From Octopus vulgaris (lineage: Eukaryota): a stretch of 64,000 nucleotides of DNA. How positions within the stretch are numbered: the stretch's first letter is position 1; the number at the start of each line of letters is the position of its first letter. The stretch is taken from positions 9,858,001 to 9,922,000 of the forward strand of contig OX597828.1 of NCBI GenBank assembly GCA_951406725.2, read 5' to 3'. Both the position numbers and the translations under genes were made by a program. Positions 1 to 12,336 of the stretch are shown one piece after another. The notes below the pieces were generated by a model that was given only the letters and a program-made list of their open reading frames with translations, did no database searches and was not told the DNA's origin.

Positions 1-299
1 AGCGTGAGCGATAACACTCTCAGCAATAATTTATCTAACCAACACAACAAATAAGCCTTCAGACAATCTCAAATTTCAGTATTGATAATGACACCATTAC
101 TATCACCGTCACCACCTACACTGCCACTAGAAATGTAGAGTCTCACTAACTTGATATCAATCTGTTGAACGAAAAACTGTGAAATAACTATCGCATGTGT
201 AACGACGTTTCTCAGCTGATTGTCGATCTATGAGCCGTACAAAATTTCCAAGCGTCTAACAACTGTGTTTCCACACTTCTTGGCTTACAGTAGGTCCAT

Positions 300-885
300 A
301 AACCATTCGCAGATCTTGTTACAGGGCCTCTAACCCAGCCGTTTTACGGGGAGAATATTTTCAGCAACTATAGGCTGTTCCATTTACTCTAGTATTGTGA
401 CCACTCATTGAGATGTCATCAAATATATGTCTGAGCAATGATGACGTCCTCAATAAAGGCAATGAGTGCAACGGCTCTAACGACATCACAGGTCGTGTAG
501 AATGTGTGGACGTTATATCACTCTGACCATCTATTGACATGGATTTTGCTGTGGAGAAATGTATAGGGATCATTTAGAAGAGTGGAGTAGAGTCCCGCGA
601 AGTTAATACAAGAGTATGGCGACTCCATCTAAGACAACCCCATGATTGTAATTACCGGGACAATTATGACTTAAATAGCTTCTGCCACATCAGGTCTGAA
701 CACGCAAAACCACAGTGCATCACATCGTCAGCGATGATAAGTACCACAGAACGCTGGAATGGCTGTACAATACCTACCTAGGCCCCAGGAAACGGTAATC
801 CTGTAAGAACGTTGGGTGCATATGCAACTGTCACTATTGAAAACATGGCTCTGAAGAACCACATATTCAAGTTCAATAACACGAG
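300..885 (+). mobile_element. Degenerate Penelope-like element reverse transcriptase remnant
   Basis: Manual translation from 509 gives DVISL*PSIDMDFAVEKCIGII (PLE RT motif DV.SLYPSI); the same frame at 851 gives LKNHIFKFNN (PLE NHxFxFN motif). Stops present; boundaries approximate. Confidence 0.6.
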
Positions 886-2224
886 CGGTAACACTGATAG
901 CGCAAATAGTAACCAGTTAATCAATCAACGGCCAAAGAAATGTTACAAAATGCTCGAATTATAACAGAAAATAATTCAGAAAAATCATTTGGTTAGTAAA
1001 AAGGAATGAAAGAAGAGGAAAAAGCGTTAAATAATTTTCTGTCATTTTATCGATGTGCGTTGAGTTACCATTGCATTCACGTTAAGAGTCGGTGGATTGA
1101 AAATAAGGGCGAGTTGAAAGGTTTTTCGATGCCTGTGGGGAAAACAACGCAACATGTTAAGTGAGACATGCAATTTGGCATGATTGCTATTAGATGAGTG
1201 CGAGTTTGAAAGTAATTAAAAAAGAGGAGTTTGACCTCATCTCATTACATATATATATATATATATATATAAAGGGTTGTGGATTTGCTACCAGAAATAA
1301 ATTTTCGTTGGCTGTTGGTGACAGTTTTGTCTGATTATGAAGGTGACGCAATATTAGCCATTCATCAGTTGCATCATGAAAACCGCTCGTGTATAGGCAT
1401 GAAGTTTTTAATTCAAACGATGACCAAAATAGCAGAGAGAGAGCTATTGTGTACAGAAGATTCACGCGAATCCTCAAATGTTAAGTCTCCGAGAGTTATC
1501 GACTACATTACTGAATTGTACATGTTGCATCTAGACTGCCAAATAATATCTAGATAGAATAATTGTATAGGTATGTATATAGTAACAGCATAACTTGTCT
1601 TCAGTTCATAGTCATTTGCTACACATCATAGATATATGACCAGTACAGTTGAACAAGTTTGGATTCACATGCAGGAACCGGCTTACTGGGAGCTAAATAA
1701 TCTTTCTTGAAGTCCAAGTGATTGAGTTAAGTAAGCATATAGAAAGTAATAATCACAACAAATATTGGTCGTCCTGATAAATACGATTACAATTGAATCA
1801 ATTAAGTTAAGTAAGAGAGCAGCGATTAAGTAAACTTGATTATTAGAGAGGGACATAGAAGTTATGAAGTATGTTAGTGAATGTATCATGACTGACTTTA
1901 TTGCAGTGAGACCGCCCCTCGGCCAGTTCTTTGCAGAGTTTGGGAGAAATTAGAGATACAGATACATAATTAGAAATTTTAACATAAAGTGATGTTAGGA
2001 GAGGAATCATAACTGGTTTTGTTCACGGTGAGACTGACACCGATCAATTCTTTAAACTCAGAGCACAAAAAGTCTCCTCAATGAATACGAGGCAGGGATA
2101 CGGCCAAAATCAGCCACGTAAAACTCAATATATGAAGCGGCAATACCATGTATTCTAAAAGTGTTCTGAGATGCTAAATAAATGGAGTATTCAAATTGCT
2201 TTTGAATTCCTTTGCTTGAAAACA

Positions 2225-3060
2225 TTTGATGAGCAGAGATATACTGACGTACGGAACCGAGAGTTTCATTTATAAATATGCCAAGTGGAAGCTATCTTGT
2301 AGAAATGGTGAACTCCAGCATAACCTTCAACATACATAAACCTCTTACCGTTATAATTTGCGCCGATTGCTATCTGACAGAACTGGAACGTTTGTTCTCA
2401 TTATTTTGGAAGAGAGATATACGACTTACCAGCGGCCCCATTTGCCGTCAACGCTTACTGTGTGGATGACTAGAAATGCTTTTCGTGATGTGCCGGCTCG
2501 GTCTATGGCTGCAAATCATCAGTGACTCTATAGCTGAAGCTGTGTGATCACTGCCATTTACCAGAGATTTTTCTCCAGCTATTACTGAATGAAGCAAAAA
2601 GCCCATGCAGAGCGCTTTACGTGTGTATTGAAATATCACCACACACAGGAACCGGCTTACTGGAATATGAGTTAAGCAGGCTTATGGAAGGCAATAATCA
2701 CGACAAATATTGATCATCTTGCGGTCATACAGAGCGGTAAGTGGAAAGTTGTACATCAACGTTCAGTACAAAATTTGTTCTCGAAGAAACTTAATGCAGC
2801 TATGAAAAGCAACTGGCTACATCACCCGAAGATTTCTTTCGGTCAGGGTCCTTTGATAAATTCCAAAATCCGTTACTTGGCAAAGACATTGTTGCTACCA
2901 GACCCGGTAATGCAGCCAGATATAATTCTCCAATATACTCAGAGAATAACGATAATGTTAAGTACGCATTCTTCCAATGACCGAACACATCCAGTATATG
3001 GATGCCTGGCACTCTTTTTCAGCAGATTAGTATTGAGCGACATGATGTGAAGTAATTCGC
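2225..3060 (+). mobile_element. Probable highly decayed Ty3/Gypsy pol remnant (RNase H to integrase C-terminus)
   Basis: Collinear degenerate motifs: EQRY (~2231), HKPLTVI (2335; cf. DHKPL), IAEAV*SLP (2530; cf. ADALSRLP), WMPGTLFQQI...DVK (~2999; cf. W.PG integrase tail). Multiple frameshifts and stops. Confidence 0.4.
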
Positions 3061-5833
3061 CCAACGTCATGCAACGGCTACCAGCCATTTCAGGAAGTAA
3101 ACCCACGATATTATCATCGGGAGCCGATTATGCAAAGTAGTTGAGCAAGCAACTTTAACTCTATTAATATCAGTCATGTAAAATAATATCAAAATATCAA
3201 AAATATACATAATTTCATAAATTTCTCACTGCATACACTGAATGTCAATTATGTTTATTATATTTAAGTTTTACAATAATATGCTACCCCTCAGACATTA
3301 ACCGAATTAAGTCAAAATGAGTAGCAAAAATTAATATAATTTGCAAATGAAACGAAGTGTTCGCATTTAAAAATTTAAAAAATAAACACCTAATACAAAA
3401 TGGCTCCCACCTTTAGATTCCTTTCAAATTCACGACAGTATATTTTATTCTTTTCTGTATTTATTTCTTCCTTTACAACAGAAATGTTATTTCGTCATGA
3501 CCACACTTTTTGTGACTTTGGGATATGATTTCCTGTCTAATAGGAACAATTCCCAAATAATAGCAGTTACCATTAGCAAGATTGACAGCAACACTGATAA
3601 GGACAATAAGAATGCGTTGAATGAAAATATTAATTTAAATATTGAGTTATGTGAAATTGTCAATAAAAACTGAAGGGTAGTGAAAACTTTGACAATGTTA
3701 ATTCATTCACTAAACACAGGAAAAATAACAACACTAAGATAAACAAAAATAACAAGAGCCTTCAGTGCTCCATTTTGGAAAAGGAAAATGGATTGTGACC
3801 ACCACTTCATATGGAATAAGGGCGACTGAGAAAGCATGCGTTCCTCACAAATTTCGATGAGTTTTAGAGTTACTTAAGAGAGTACTACGTAATTAATTGT
3901 CTTCGACATATTTACCTCATAAACATGGAGCAAACTACAAAATAGTGAGTAGGTTTTTTAGAATCAGAAAAAAAAATTATCCTCACCGATATCTGGTGTT
4001 AGAACAGTCAGTGTTTATCGCAAGTTATTAAAGGATAATAAACTGTTTATAACAATGCAACGAGATTGACAATTGTCATATCATTGTGTGACAGATTTCT
4101 TTTGCACATATAATGAGATGTATTCCTACAAGACGTATAACATTTCCAAATTTCGTCATAGAGATAAAGAGCCCATTAAGATTTTGTTCGTATAGTAATC
4201 AGTGCACAGTGGTATTCAATGTATATTATGTTTAGAGATATATTTTAAATCTTTCTGCAAGAAATAAGCATATACCAAATTAAATAACGGATCATCATGC
4301 CTTAATAAATTTTCAGAAAAAGCAACTCATCATTTCTTCATCTTATTTGTTTATTTCTCGTATCCAGTCTTTTACAGTTGTCCGACAGGGTAACACAGTG
4401 AGAATGGACTGACTTTAGAATTCACAAAAAAAAAGGTAATACTATCCATGTGGAGAAAGAGAAAGGGAATGTGTTTAAGGTAAAACATAGATATATTACT
4501 GCGTGGTGTGTAAAAACAAAAATTAAGTATCACTGATTTCGTAATGCATAAATACATCGTTTAAGTGTCCGATTTTTCATTTGCCCTATATTCATCTACG
4601 CATTTAACAAAAGCTGATTGTATAAATATATTTGTCTTCGACGGTATCTGGTAAGGATGTTGCTTAATTTGTCTCGTAATAAAATCAATGTTACTAAGGT
4701 TGCTCAGCACATGGTAATATGCACTCATTATTCTTCAGTGCAAAGTTTACGCCAAAGCTATTCAGCTTGCATGGAAAGGGAAATCTGTTTTGTTTCAAGA
4801 TAACCGAGGCTTCGATTAAAGGAGGATTTTCGAATCTTAGGTATTAGACTCATTCGATGCAAAGATGTATTACCGTGGCGCTTTGTTAATTGTTATCTTA
4901 TTTGAAAGAATGATAATCTAACAGACTGACTAGTTAGAAAACTTCTTAAGACATCTTGTGTATTAGTATTAAATTTAGTAGAATGTCGGATTTGAATGGC
5001 AACTTGGACACAATTCAGAAATACAAGAGAGTAACAGATAAGAGGCGTGGTGTAAAATTGGAAAAATAACCAAAATACAGCAAGGTTTTTCAAATTAACC
5101 TGTGAGCAATTGTTGATTAACTTGTAATGAAAAACCGGGTCAAAAAACTCCAACGGGGTAAATTATTATAATACATACCAATTTTTAACACAACGTTAAA
5201 ATGAATGTCTAAAGACCAGGGATAACTGGTAGACAAGACAGAACTACGCTGCAATGTGACTCTAAAATGCCTATGTTTTTACGTCATCTTCAGTAACTGA
5301 TTAATTGATTAATACATATCCAGTTACATCTCTCGCTGACTTAGGAATTGATAGACTTTCTCCCCTCTTGTAACGCTTTCCACTCTAATTTTATCCACGT
5401 ATGTGGTATATACTCAGTAGCTCTGTGTTCTGGTTCTATAAGACATTTTTATTCGCATCGGAGGAGAAATTGGTATCATCGCCAAACAAAAGTGGCACGA
5501 ATATTAGATATTACAATAATTGTCAAAATGTGGCTACTGTCGTCCAACTAATTTATGTAATTTCAAACAAGCTGTATTCAACTTGTTTTAAATGAATCTG
5601 CTTTTGTGTTTCAAATAAATATAAGACATGTTCAAAGTTCCAGTTGTCGATAACACTACATTCCTAAAAATAAATCCGTAGAACTTTCTTAGTGATTGAT
5701 AATGTTAGGTGTCGTTTTCAATATGTATGCATGTGTGTATGTATGTAGGCATGTATGTATGTATTTACACACACACGAATATATATACACCTGAACATAT
5801 ATATATTTCTGTGTGCGTGTGTATAGATAAATG

Positions 5834-5864
<31 letters not shown>

Positions 5865-5892
5865 GTATATATGTACGCTGTTAAATTACATT

Positions 5893-5906
5893 TATTATTA
5901 TTATTA

Positions 5907-5967
<61 letters not shown>

Positions 5968-6010
5968 CATCATCATCAGCATCATCATCATTATTAGTAG
6001 TAGTATTAAC
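5893..6010. repeat. (TAT)n/(CAT)n/(TAG)n compound microsatellite
   Basis: Directly visible; source of the poly-L/poly-N ORFs. Confidence 0.95.
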
Positions 6011-6018
6011 ATTACTAC

Positions 6019-6145
6019 GGCGACCAGCCGGAAGAATAGTTAGCACACCGGACGACGAAATGCTGAAGGATATTTCGCTCGTCTCTACGTTCCGAAGGCA
6101 AATTCCGCCAAGGTCGAATTTACCTTTCGTTTTTCGGGGTCGCTT
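6019..6145 (+). mobile_element. SINE family B, diverged partial copy
   Basis: Similar to the reverse complement of 30200-30340 (ggcg...gttagcac.ccgg.cgaaatgc...aattccgcc.aggtcga...ttcggggtcg). Confidence 0.75.
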
Positions 6146-6266
6146 CCACAAAATAGCTACCCTTGTGGCAAAATTTGAAACCATTTTCTATTATTATTAC
6201 GAGTATTACTAATAATAATAATTGTTATAAATGATAATAATAATTATTATTACGAGTATTAGTGAA

Positions 6267-6605
6267 GACGCATGGCTCAGTGGTTAGAGCGTCGAGCTTA
6301 CGATCATGAGGTTGTGAGTTCGATTCCCGGACCGGGCTGTGTGTTGTGTTCTTGAGCAAGACACTTTATTTCATGTTCCTCCAGGTAACTCAGCTGTAGA
6401 AATGAGTTGCGACATCACTAGTGCCAAGCTGTACGGGCCTTTGCCTTTCCTTTGGATACCATCAGTATCAGTGGTGTGGAGTTGAGAGGCCGGTATGCAT
6501 GGACGACTGCTGGCCTTCCATAAACAACCTTGCCTGGACTTGTACCTTGGAGGGTAAATTTCTAGGTGCAATCCCATGGTCATTCATGACCGAAGGAAGT
6601 CTCAC
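6267..6605 (+). mobile_element. tRNA-derived CORE-type SINE (family A)
   Basis: A-box TGGCTCAGTGG, B-box GAGTTCGATTCC, then CORE-like tgtgttcttgagcaagacactt; second copy at 47228-47528; followed by (TAG)n. Confidence 0.85.
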
Positions 6606-7754
6606 CCTCATTACGAAGTAGTAGTAGTAGTAGTAGTAGTGGTAGTAGTAGTAGTAGTGGTGGTGGTAAAAAGAAACCAGAATTGTAGTAGTAGTAATAT
6701 TATTCCTCAATAATTCGTCACACCACCGTCAACAACTTTATTATTCTCAGGGTCGTAATAACCACGGCCTCCATCGTAATAACCGTCATCATAAACATTA
6801 TAATAATTATCATCATAAACATGAGAATCATTAGGAAAATCATCGTCCTGAACTCAGCTTCAATGTAGTCATCGTCACCATCATTGTCTTCCTTATCTTC
6901 CTTATCTTCATTGTTACTATTTTTAAAGTGATGATGATCATGATGATAATTTCCATAAAGCTGTTTATGTTTTTAGCTTTATTCTTTATTCCTTCACTGA
7001 ATCGATTCTTGCTTTCACTTTCACTATACTTGTCTCTATTCCTCTTTATAGATTTTTTTCATCATTTTCATCGTCTTTAGCTTGTTATTTTTATATATGT
7101 TTTTTTTTCACATTGCCTTCGCTGTGTCCATATTTAAATGCAATAAATTCAGATAAAACATTCTTGGCTACCAAAAGCAGCCAAGTCTTGTCAGTATGAC
7201 ATTGATTGAAGCAAAATAACTGACCGCGCCGCTCCTCACTCCAATTTATTGCCACTTTTTGACCTGCGAGAATTTATAAAATACACTGTGTATTTTTTAA
7301 ATTATTTTTTTTACTTTCTGCTTTTTGTATTCATTTTCCCCTATTTTTTATTGTCGGTAAGCAGAGTAAAATTAAATGATCGTATGGTGCAGATGAGTTG
7401 CAAAACTTGAGAGTACCCTATATCATGTCCAACGGTTAAAAAAAGAAAACACCGCCAACAACACCATTACAATGTAAATAGAGGAAACAAATGCGCATTT
7501 CATTAAAAAAAGAATATATATAAAAAATATGAGAAGTAAAATGAAATCTAAAAACACGACTGAACACAAGCAAGACCAAATCAAGACAAAATAAAACATT
7601 CAAGTGTTTCCAATGAAAGGTGTATATACTTCCATCATATTCAAAATATATTTTGTACAACATTCCTCAAAACCAAATGGATGCACAGAAAGAGACACAC
7701 ACTCACACACAAACACACGCACACACTCACACATTACATACATATACATAGTGC

Positions 7755-7820
7755 ATATATATATATAAATTTATATATATATATATACACAAAAATATAT
7801 ATACAAACATATAACAATAC

Positions 7821-7856
<36 letters not shown>

Positions 7857-8023
7857 GTATACATATATATATATGTATGTATATGTATGTATATATATAT
7901 ATGTATTTATATATGCATTCTTATATGTTTGTATATATATTTATGTATATATATATATGTGTGTGTGTATTTATATATGTATATAAATTTATATGCATAT
8001 ATGTATGCATTTATGTATGTATT

Positions 8024-8059
<36 letters not shown>

Positions 8060-8110
8060 TTTATGTTTGTATATATGTATTTATGTATCTATATAATTAT
8101 ATATGTATAA
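7755..8110. repeat. (TA)n/(TATG)n low-complexity tract
   Basis: Directly visible. Similar tracts at ~8670-8888, 11880-12150, 18325-18405, 24860-24910, 25416-25522, 27660-27800, 28178-28300, 40345-40470, 43210-43320, 43585-43710, 59400-59762 and 61108-61425. Confidence 0.95.
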
Positions 8111-8667
8111 ATGTATCTGCCTTACGTCAATGTGTGTGTGCTTGTGATTATAAATATATGAGTGATCGTGTGAGTGTGCATGTGCCTATATTTGTGTATG
8201 AGGAGACATATTCCTTGTAATCTTAAAATCTTATTCTTAAACAATATCTAGTAAAATAAAAACAGACAATATTTCTTGCAGAGCATATGTTTCACATAAA
8301 ATATTAATGTCGTCTGTTGATGCAGATTACCGGTTGTCTCTGACACTTACTACGCAACGCACACGGATCAAACACGCGGGCGCGGGCGCATGAACACACA
8401 GACACATGGACGCACTCACACACTCACACAAAGACAAATAGACGCATACAACAACAAACACACACAAACAAATAGTTAACATGTATATATTCCTGTATAT
8501 ATATACCCGCACATATATAAATATAGGTATATATATATATATACGAAAGAAGGTTTGAAAATGCAATTTAAAAGATGTTTATTTACTTAACCGGTTTCAC
8601 TCTTTGGAAAAAGATTGTCAAAAGTAACATATGGAAGTTTGGTTGCGTTAATTATATAAAAAATGAT

Positions 8668-8716
<49 letters not shown>

Positions 8717-8729
8717 TATACATATTATT

Positions 8730-8766
<37 letters not shown>

Positions 8767-9044
8767 ACATATATACACACATATATATATATGTACATAT
8801 GTATACATATATATATACATATTATATACATATATGTACATGCATACACACACGCACGCACACACACACACACATATATATATATATAGGTTATGAGAGG
8901 TAATGGGTTTATGAAACCCAAAGATGACAGGTAATGTTGAGTTGGTGCTATGGACAGAGTATACTTAAGCTCCAGATTCGGTGATTATGCGAATAATGAG
9001 TTCTACCTTGGACATATATTAACACGGATATATACATAAAAAAT

Positions 9045-9170
9045 TAACGGAATGAGATGAAGAAATCCAAGACTGTGAAAGATTTCACAACATTTATACA
9101 GAGAAGGTCAGACAGCTGTTTCCGGGATATGTTATATATCCCTTCAGAGACGATGCGAGAAATTGGTTAA
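9045..9170 (-). mobile_element. Hammerhead element family H5 fragment with deleted core
   Basis: Minus strand reads gtct-CTGA(tga missing)-agggatat ataac atatcccg-GAAAC-agct-GTC; homologous to 61040-61107 and 11775-11870. Confidence 0.7.
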
Positions 9171-9185
9171 GAAATAGTTATTATA

Positions 9186-9305
9186 GAGACGATATGAAAC
9201 TCAGGAAAGAGACGATATACAAACTCAGGAAAGAGACGATATACAAACTCAGGAAAGAGACGATATACAAACTCAGGAAAGAGACGATATACAAACTCAG
9301 GAAAG
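9186..9305 (+). repeat. 24-bp minisatellite (AGAGACGATATACAAACTCAGGAA) x~5
   Basis: Near-perfect tandem units directly visible. Confidence 0.95.
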
Positions 9306-9311
9306 AAAGAC

Positions 9312-9813
9312 AAACGAAATACATATTTTTTTCCTACCCACAAGGGGCTAAACACAGAGGGGACGGACAAGGACAGACAAACAGATTAAGTCGATTACAT
9401 ATCTGGTAATGCGTAACTGGTACTTATTTAATCGACCCCGAAAGGATGAAAGGCAAAGTCGACCTCGGCGGAATTTGAACTTAGAACATAACGGCAGACG
9501 CAATACATATTTCTTTACTACCCACAAGGGGCTAAACATAGATGGGACAGACAAGGACAGACAAAGAGATTAAGTCGATTACATCGACCCCAGTGCGTAA
9601 CTGGTACTTAATTTATCGACCCCGAAAGGATGAAAGGCAAAGTCGACCACGGCGGAATTTAAATTCAGAACGTAGCTTCGGACGAAATACCTATTTCTTT
9701 ACTACCCACAAGGGGCTAAAACAGAGAGGACGAACAAGGATAGACAAACGTAACGGCCTGACAAAATACTGATAAGCATTTCGCCGGTCATGCTAACGTT
9801 TCTGCCAGCTCGC
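9312..9813 (-). mobile_element. SINE family B, tandem multimer (head plus repeated ~182-bp bodies)
   Basis: Repeated cccacaaggggctaaac...gaccccgaaaggatgaaaggcaaagtcgacc...ggcggaattt units; head-like end gctaacgtttctgccagctcgc at ~9792-9813. Confidence 0.85.
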
Positions 9814-10619
9814 AATTTTTGTGCCACGTACAGAAATTATAGGTAAATATTTATAGGTTTTCAGTAATACCTTTCACTCGGTTTCAAATTTCAGTTGAAT
9901 TTTGCTTATTTAAGAATATCCCCTTGTCATTATATACCCAAAGGATTTGAGATATGCACACGATAACTACGCAAGGAATAGCAATCACATGCTTCTCTTT
10001 TGTTCACTTTAAAATACCAAACACATACATACAATTAGAGTTCATTTGCGTTCACTCTTTAGAAGCAAGGGTGCTCACACACGTGATTGTACATACATTA
10101 CTAAATAAAAAGTCGTGTACATTCATACTGTGTATACAAGTATACAAGGACGCATACTGACAAATAAAGTATGAACACAAATAATGTACACAAACACAGA
10201 TACGACAAACAAATATACAAGCAAAAATCCCTCACAAGTAAAACCGAAGCGAGACACACTCATAGAGATGTAAAACAAATTAAACAGCACTTACATGAAC
10301 TTGACTACTTTAGAGACACAACTCGCTACATGGGCATTCATAAAGCGTATCAATACACACAGACTCTCAAAATATATATTAAACTAAAATAGTCACAAAC
10401 TCCCACCCTCCTCAGACACGCACTCGCAAGCACGTACACGCTTTGTATAATACAACAGCTTTCAAATGCATACCGACTTATGTACCGATAAAAAATATAT
10501 TTGCGTGTCTGCAAGCACATCCACAAATATCGAATGAAATAGAATTATCTTAAAACAACTGCAACACATACAAACATAAACACGCACGATGAACACACAT
10601 TCTTTTATTTTATCGTTCA

Positions 10620-11490
10620 TATTTTACTTGTCTCAGTCATTGGTGTGCTGGGGCACTGCCTAGAAGGGTTTAGTCGGAGAAATTAACCCGGAGACTGTCT
10701 GGTTCTTCGGATCATTTCGGTTTGAACGGCAGTTTTTTCTAGCGGTGTCATATGAAATTGTCCCCTATAATTATGACCCTATTATCGATCTATTGCATTT
10801 CAATGTTTTAGGGTTAGGGTTAGTTAGGGTTAGGGGTGGGGGGAAGGTTATCTTTTTTTTCTTCACAAATTTGAATACAGCCAATCTGTTTCTTAAACGA
10901 GGGACATATTTATACGGCACAGAATTTTTTTTTTTTACTTCAATGGACGTAATTGATTCGTTGAAATTGCAGAAACTGAAAAAAAAAAAAAAACAACTAA
11001 TATCTTACAAACTATAAAAGTTTCTCAATAAAGCCATGAGAAAAAAATGTTTTATAAACACATTCTACCAGTATACGAAGTTTTAAAAGTTTTAGTTTCC
11101 TAGAAATTATGTTAAAAACTGCCCTTCAAACCGAAAAGATCCGGTTTTTCTTATATCGAACTACTTTGCTAAACAGTTAAATTACGGAGACGTACACAAA
11201 CTAACTTTGTCTGAAAAAGATGATGAAGACAAACCAAAACACAACGAGAATAACAGACATATGCACAAATGCAGACAGAGACAGGTACGTAGGTACACAC
11301 ATATTTACATACATAGATACACACATACGCACAAACACGCGGACATCCATGCCCAAACATATATACACTATATACTTCTTTCAGCTGCAGTCTACAAGAA
11401 CTACACACAACTCTTTGCTCGCCCACGTCTATATTAAGAGATTCGTGCCAAACTTATCTTGCACTCGGACCGAACCATAAACCGTTGATT
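10620..11490 (-). mobile_element. Diverged SINE family C interrupted by a MITE
   Basis: 10620-10708 and 11143-11490 are collinear with the family C copy at 58055-58440. Confidence 0.6.
10709..11142. mobile_element. MITE with ~29-bp TIRs and 8-bp TSD, containing TTAGGG repeats
   Basis: Left GGATCATTTCGGTTTGAACGGCAGTTTTT, right (rc) GGATCTTTTCGGTTTGAAGGGCAGTTTTT; flanks GGTTCTTC / GGTTTTTC. Confidence 0.9.
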
Positions 11491-11769
11491 TGACACATGC
11501 ATACAAATATACGAAGAATACTCTCATTCTTCTATTTAATCAAATTTTGCTATTACAGGGAATATACTCTCCCTTTGCCTAAGTCGTAGCGTTCGGTAAA
11601 AGCTATCCTGTTTCTTGGAGCGAGTAATTTTTACAAGCATAAGCCGTTTTCATTTCCATCACTTATGCAGCGCAACTTTAATGAAGCAGTTGGGCGATTT
11701 CTTGATTAGGTTTTCGGTTGTGTATCAAGTGTGAATGAATATGCATAAAAAATAATTCCGTTGGTATGT

Positions 11770-11875
11770 CTAATCCGAGGAAGGGATATAATAAGTATCC
11801 TGGAAACAGGTGTAAAACCTATTTATAAATGTTCTAAAATCTTCACAGTCTTGACTTTTTAATCTCATTCTGAAA
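11770..11875 (+). mobile_element. Hammerhead element family H5, degenerate copy
   Basis: CCGAGGA-agggatat aataa gtatcctg-GAAAC-aggt-GTA; downstream sequence matches the rc of 9050-9100; ends at (TA)n. Confidence 0.6.
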
Positions 11876-11909
11876 AAACGTTATATATATATACATATAT
11901 ATGTGTACG

Positions 11910-11958
<49 letters not shown>

Positions 11959-11999
11959 GTATGTATGTGTATATATATATATATATATATACATATGTC

Positions 12000-12048
<49 letters not shown>

Positions 12049-12086
12049 ACATATATATATATACATATGTATATACATATATTTAC

Positions 12087-12150
<64 letters not shown>

Positions 12151-12275
12151 CTCCCGAAAGAAGGACAAAAGAAAAATTCTAATGCCAAATATGCCGAAAA
12201 AAAGACAAAATTGTCAATAACCATTATAATTTGTGTCTCGAAACAAACCGATAGAAATTTCTATAAAATCCGTTA

Positions 12276-12336
12276 TTACCGTATTGGTCCCAATTTCGGG
12301 GTTAATTCATAAGAATTTTCCCCTCTTCAGCGATAA
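12276..12336 (-). ncRNA. Type-I hammerhead ribozyme (family H1), intact core
   Basis: rc: ttatcg-CTGAAGA-gggg aaaattc ttat gaattaa cccc-GAAA-ttgg ga ccaa-TA-cggtaa. Stems I, II and III all pair; AUA cleavage triplet. Lies in a ~390-bp unique segment (12150-12540) bounded by (TA)n. Confidence 0.85.

Noticed and set aside
5709-6212. Long ORFs with poly-L/N/I/Y or YI/CV/TH repeats (here and throughout the window)
   Set aside because: They are translations of stop-free microsatellites, not genes.
6267-6340. tRNA gene (also 23458, 34136, 47228)
   Set aside because: No proper acceptor stem or poly-T terminator; continues into a repeated SINE body.
9186-9305. Possible CRISPR array
   Set aside because: Contiguous tandem units with no unique spacers, in a eukaryotic context.
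10805-10845. Interstitial telomere or chromosome fusion site
   Set aside because: Only about four units, and they are internal to a MITE.
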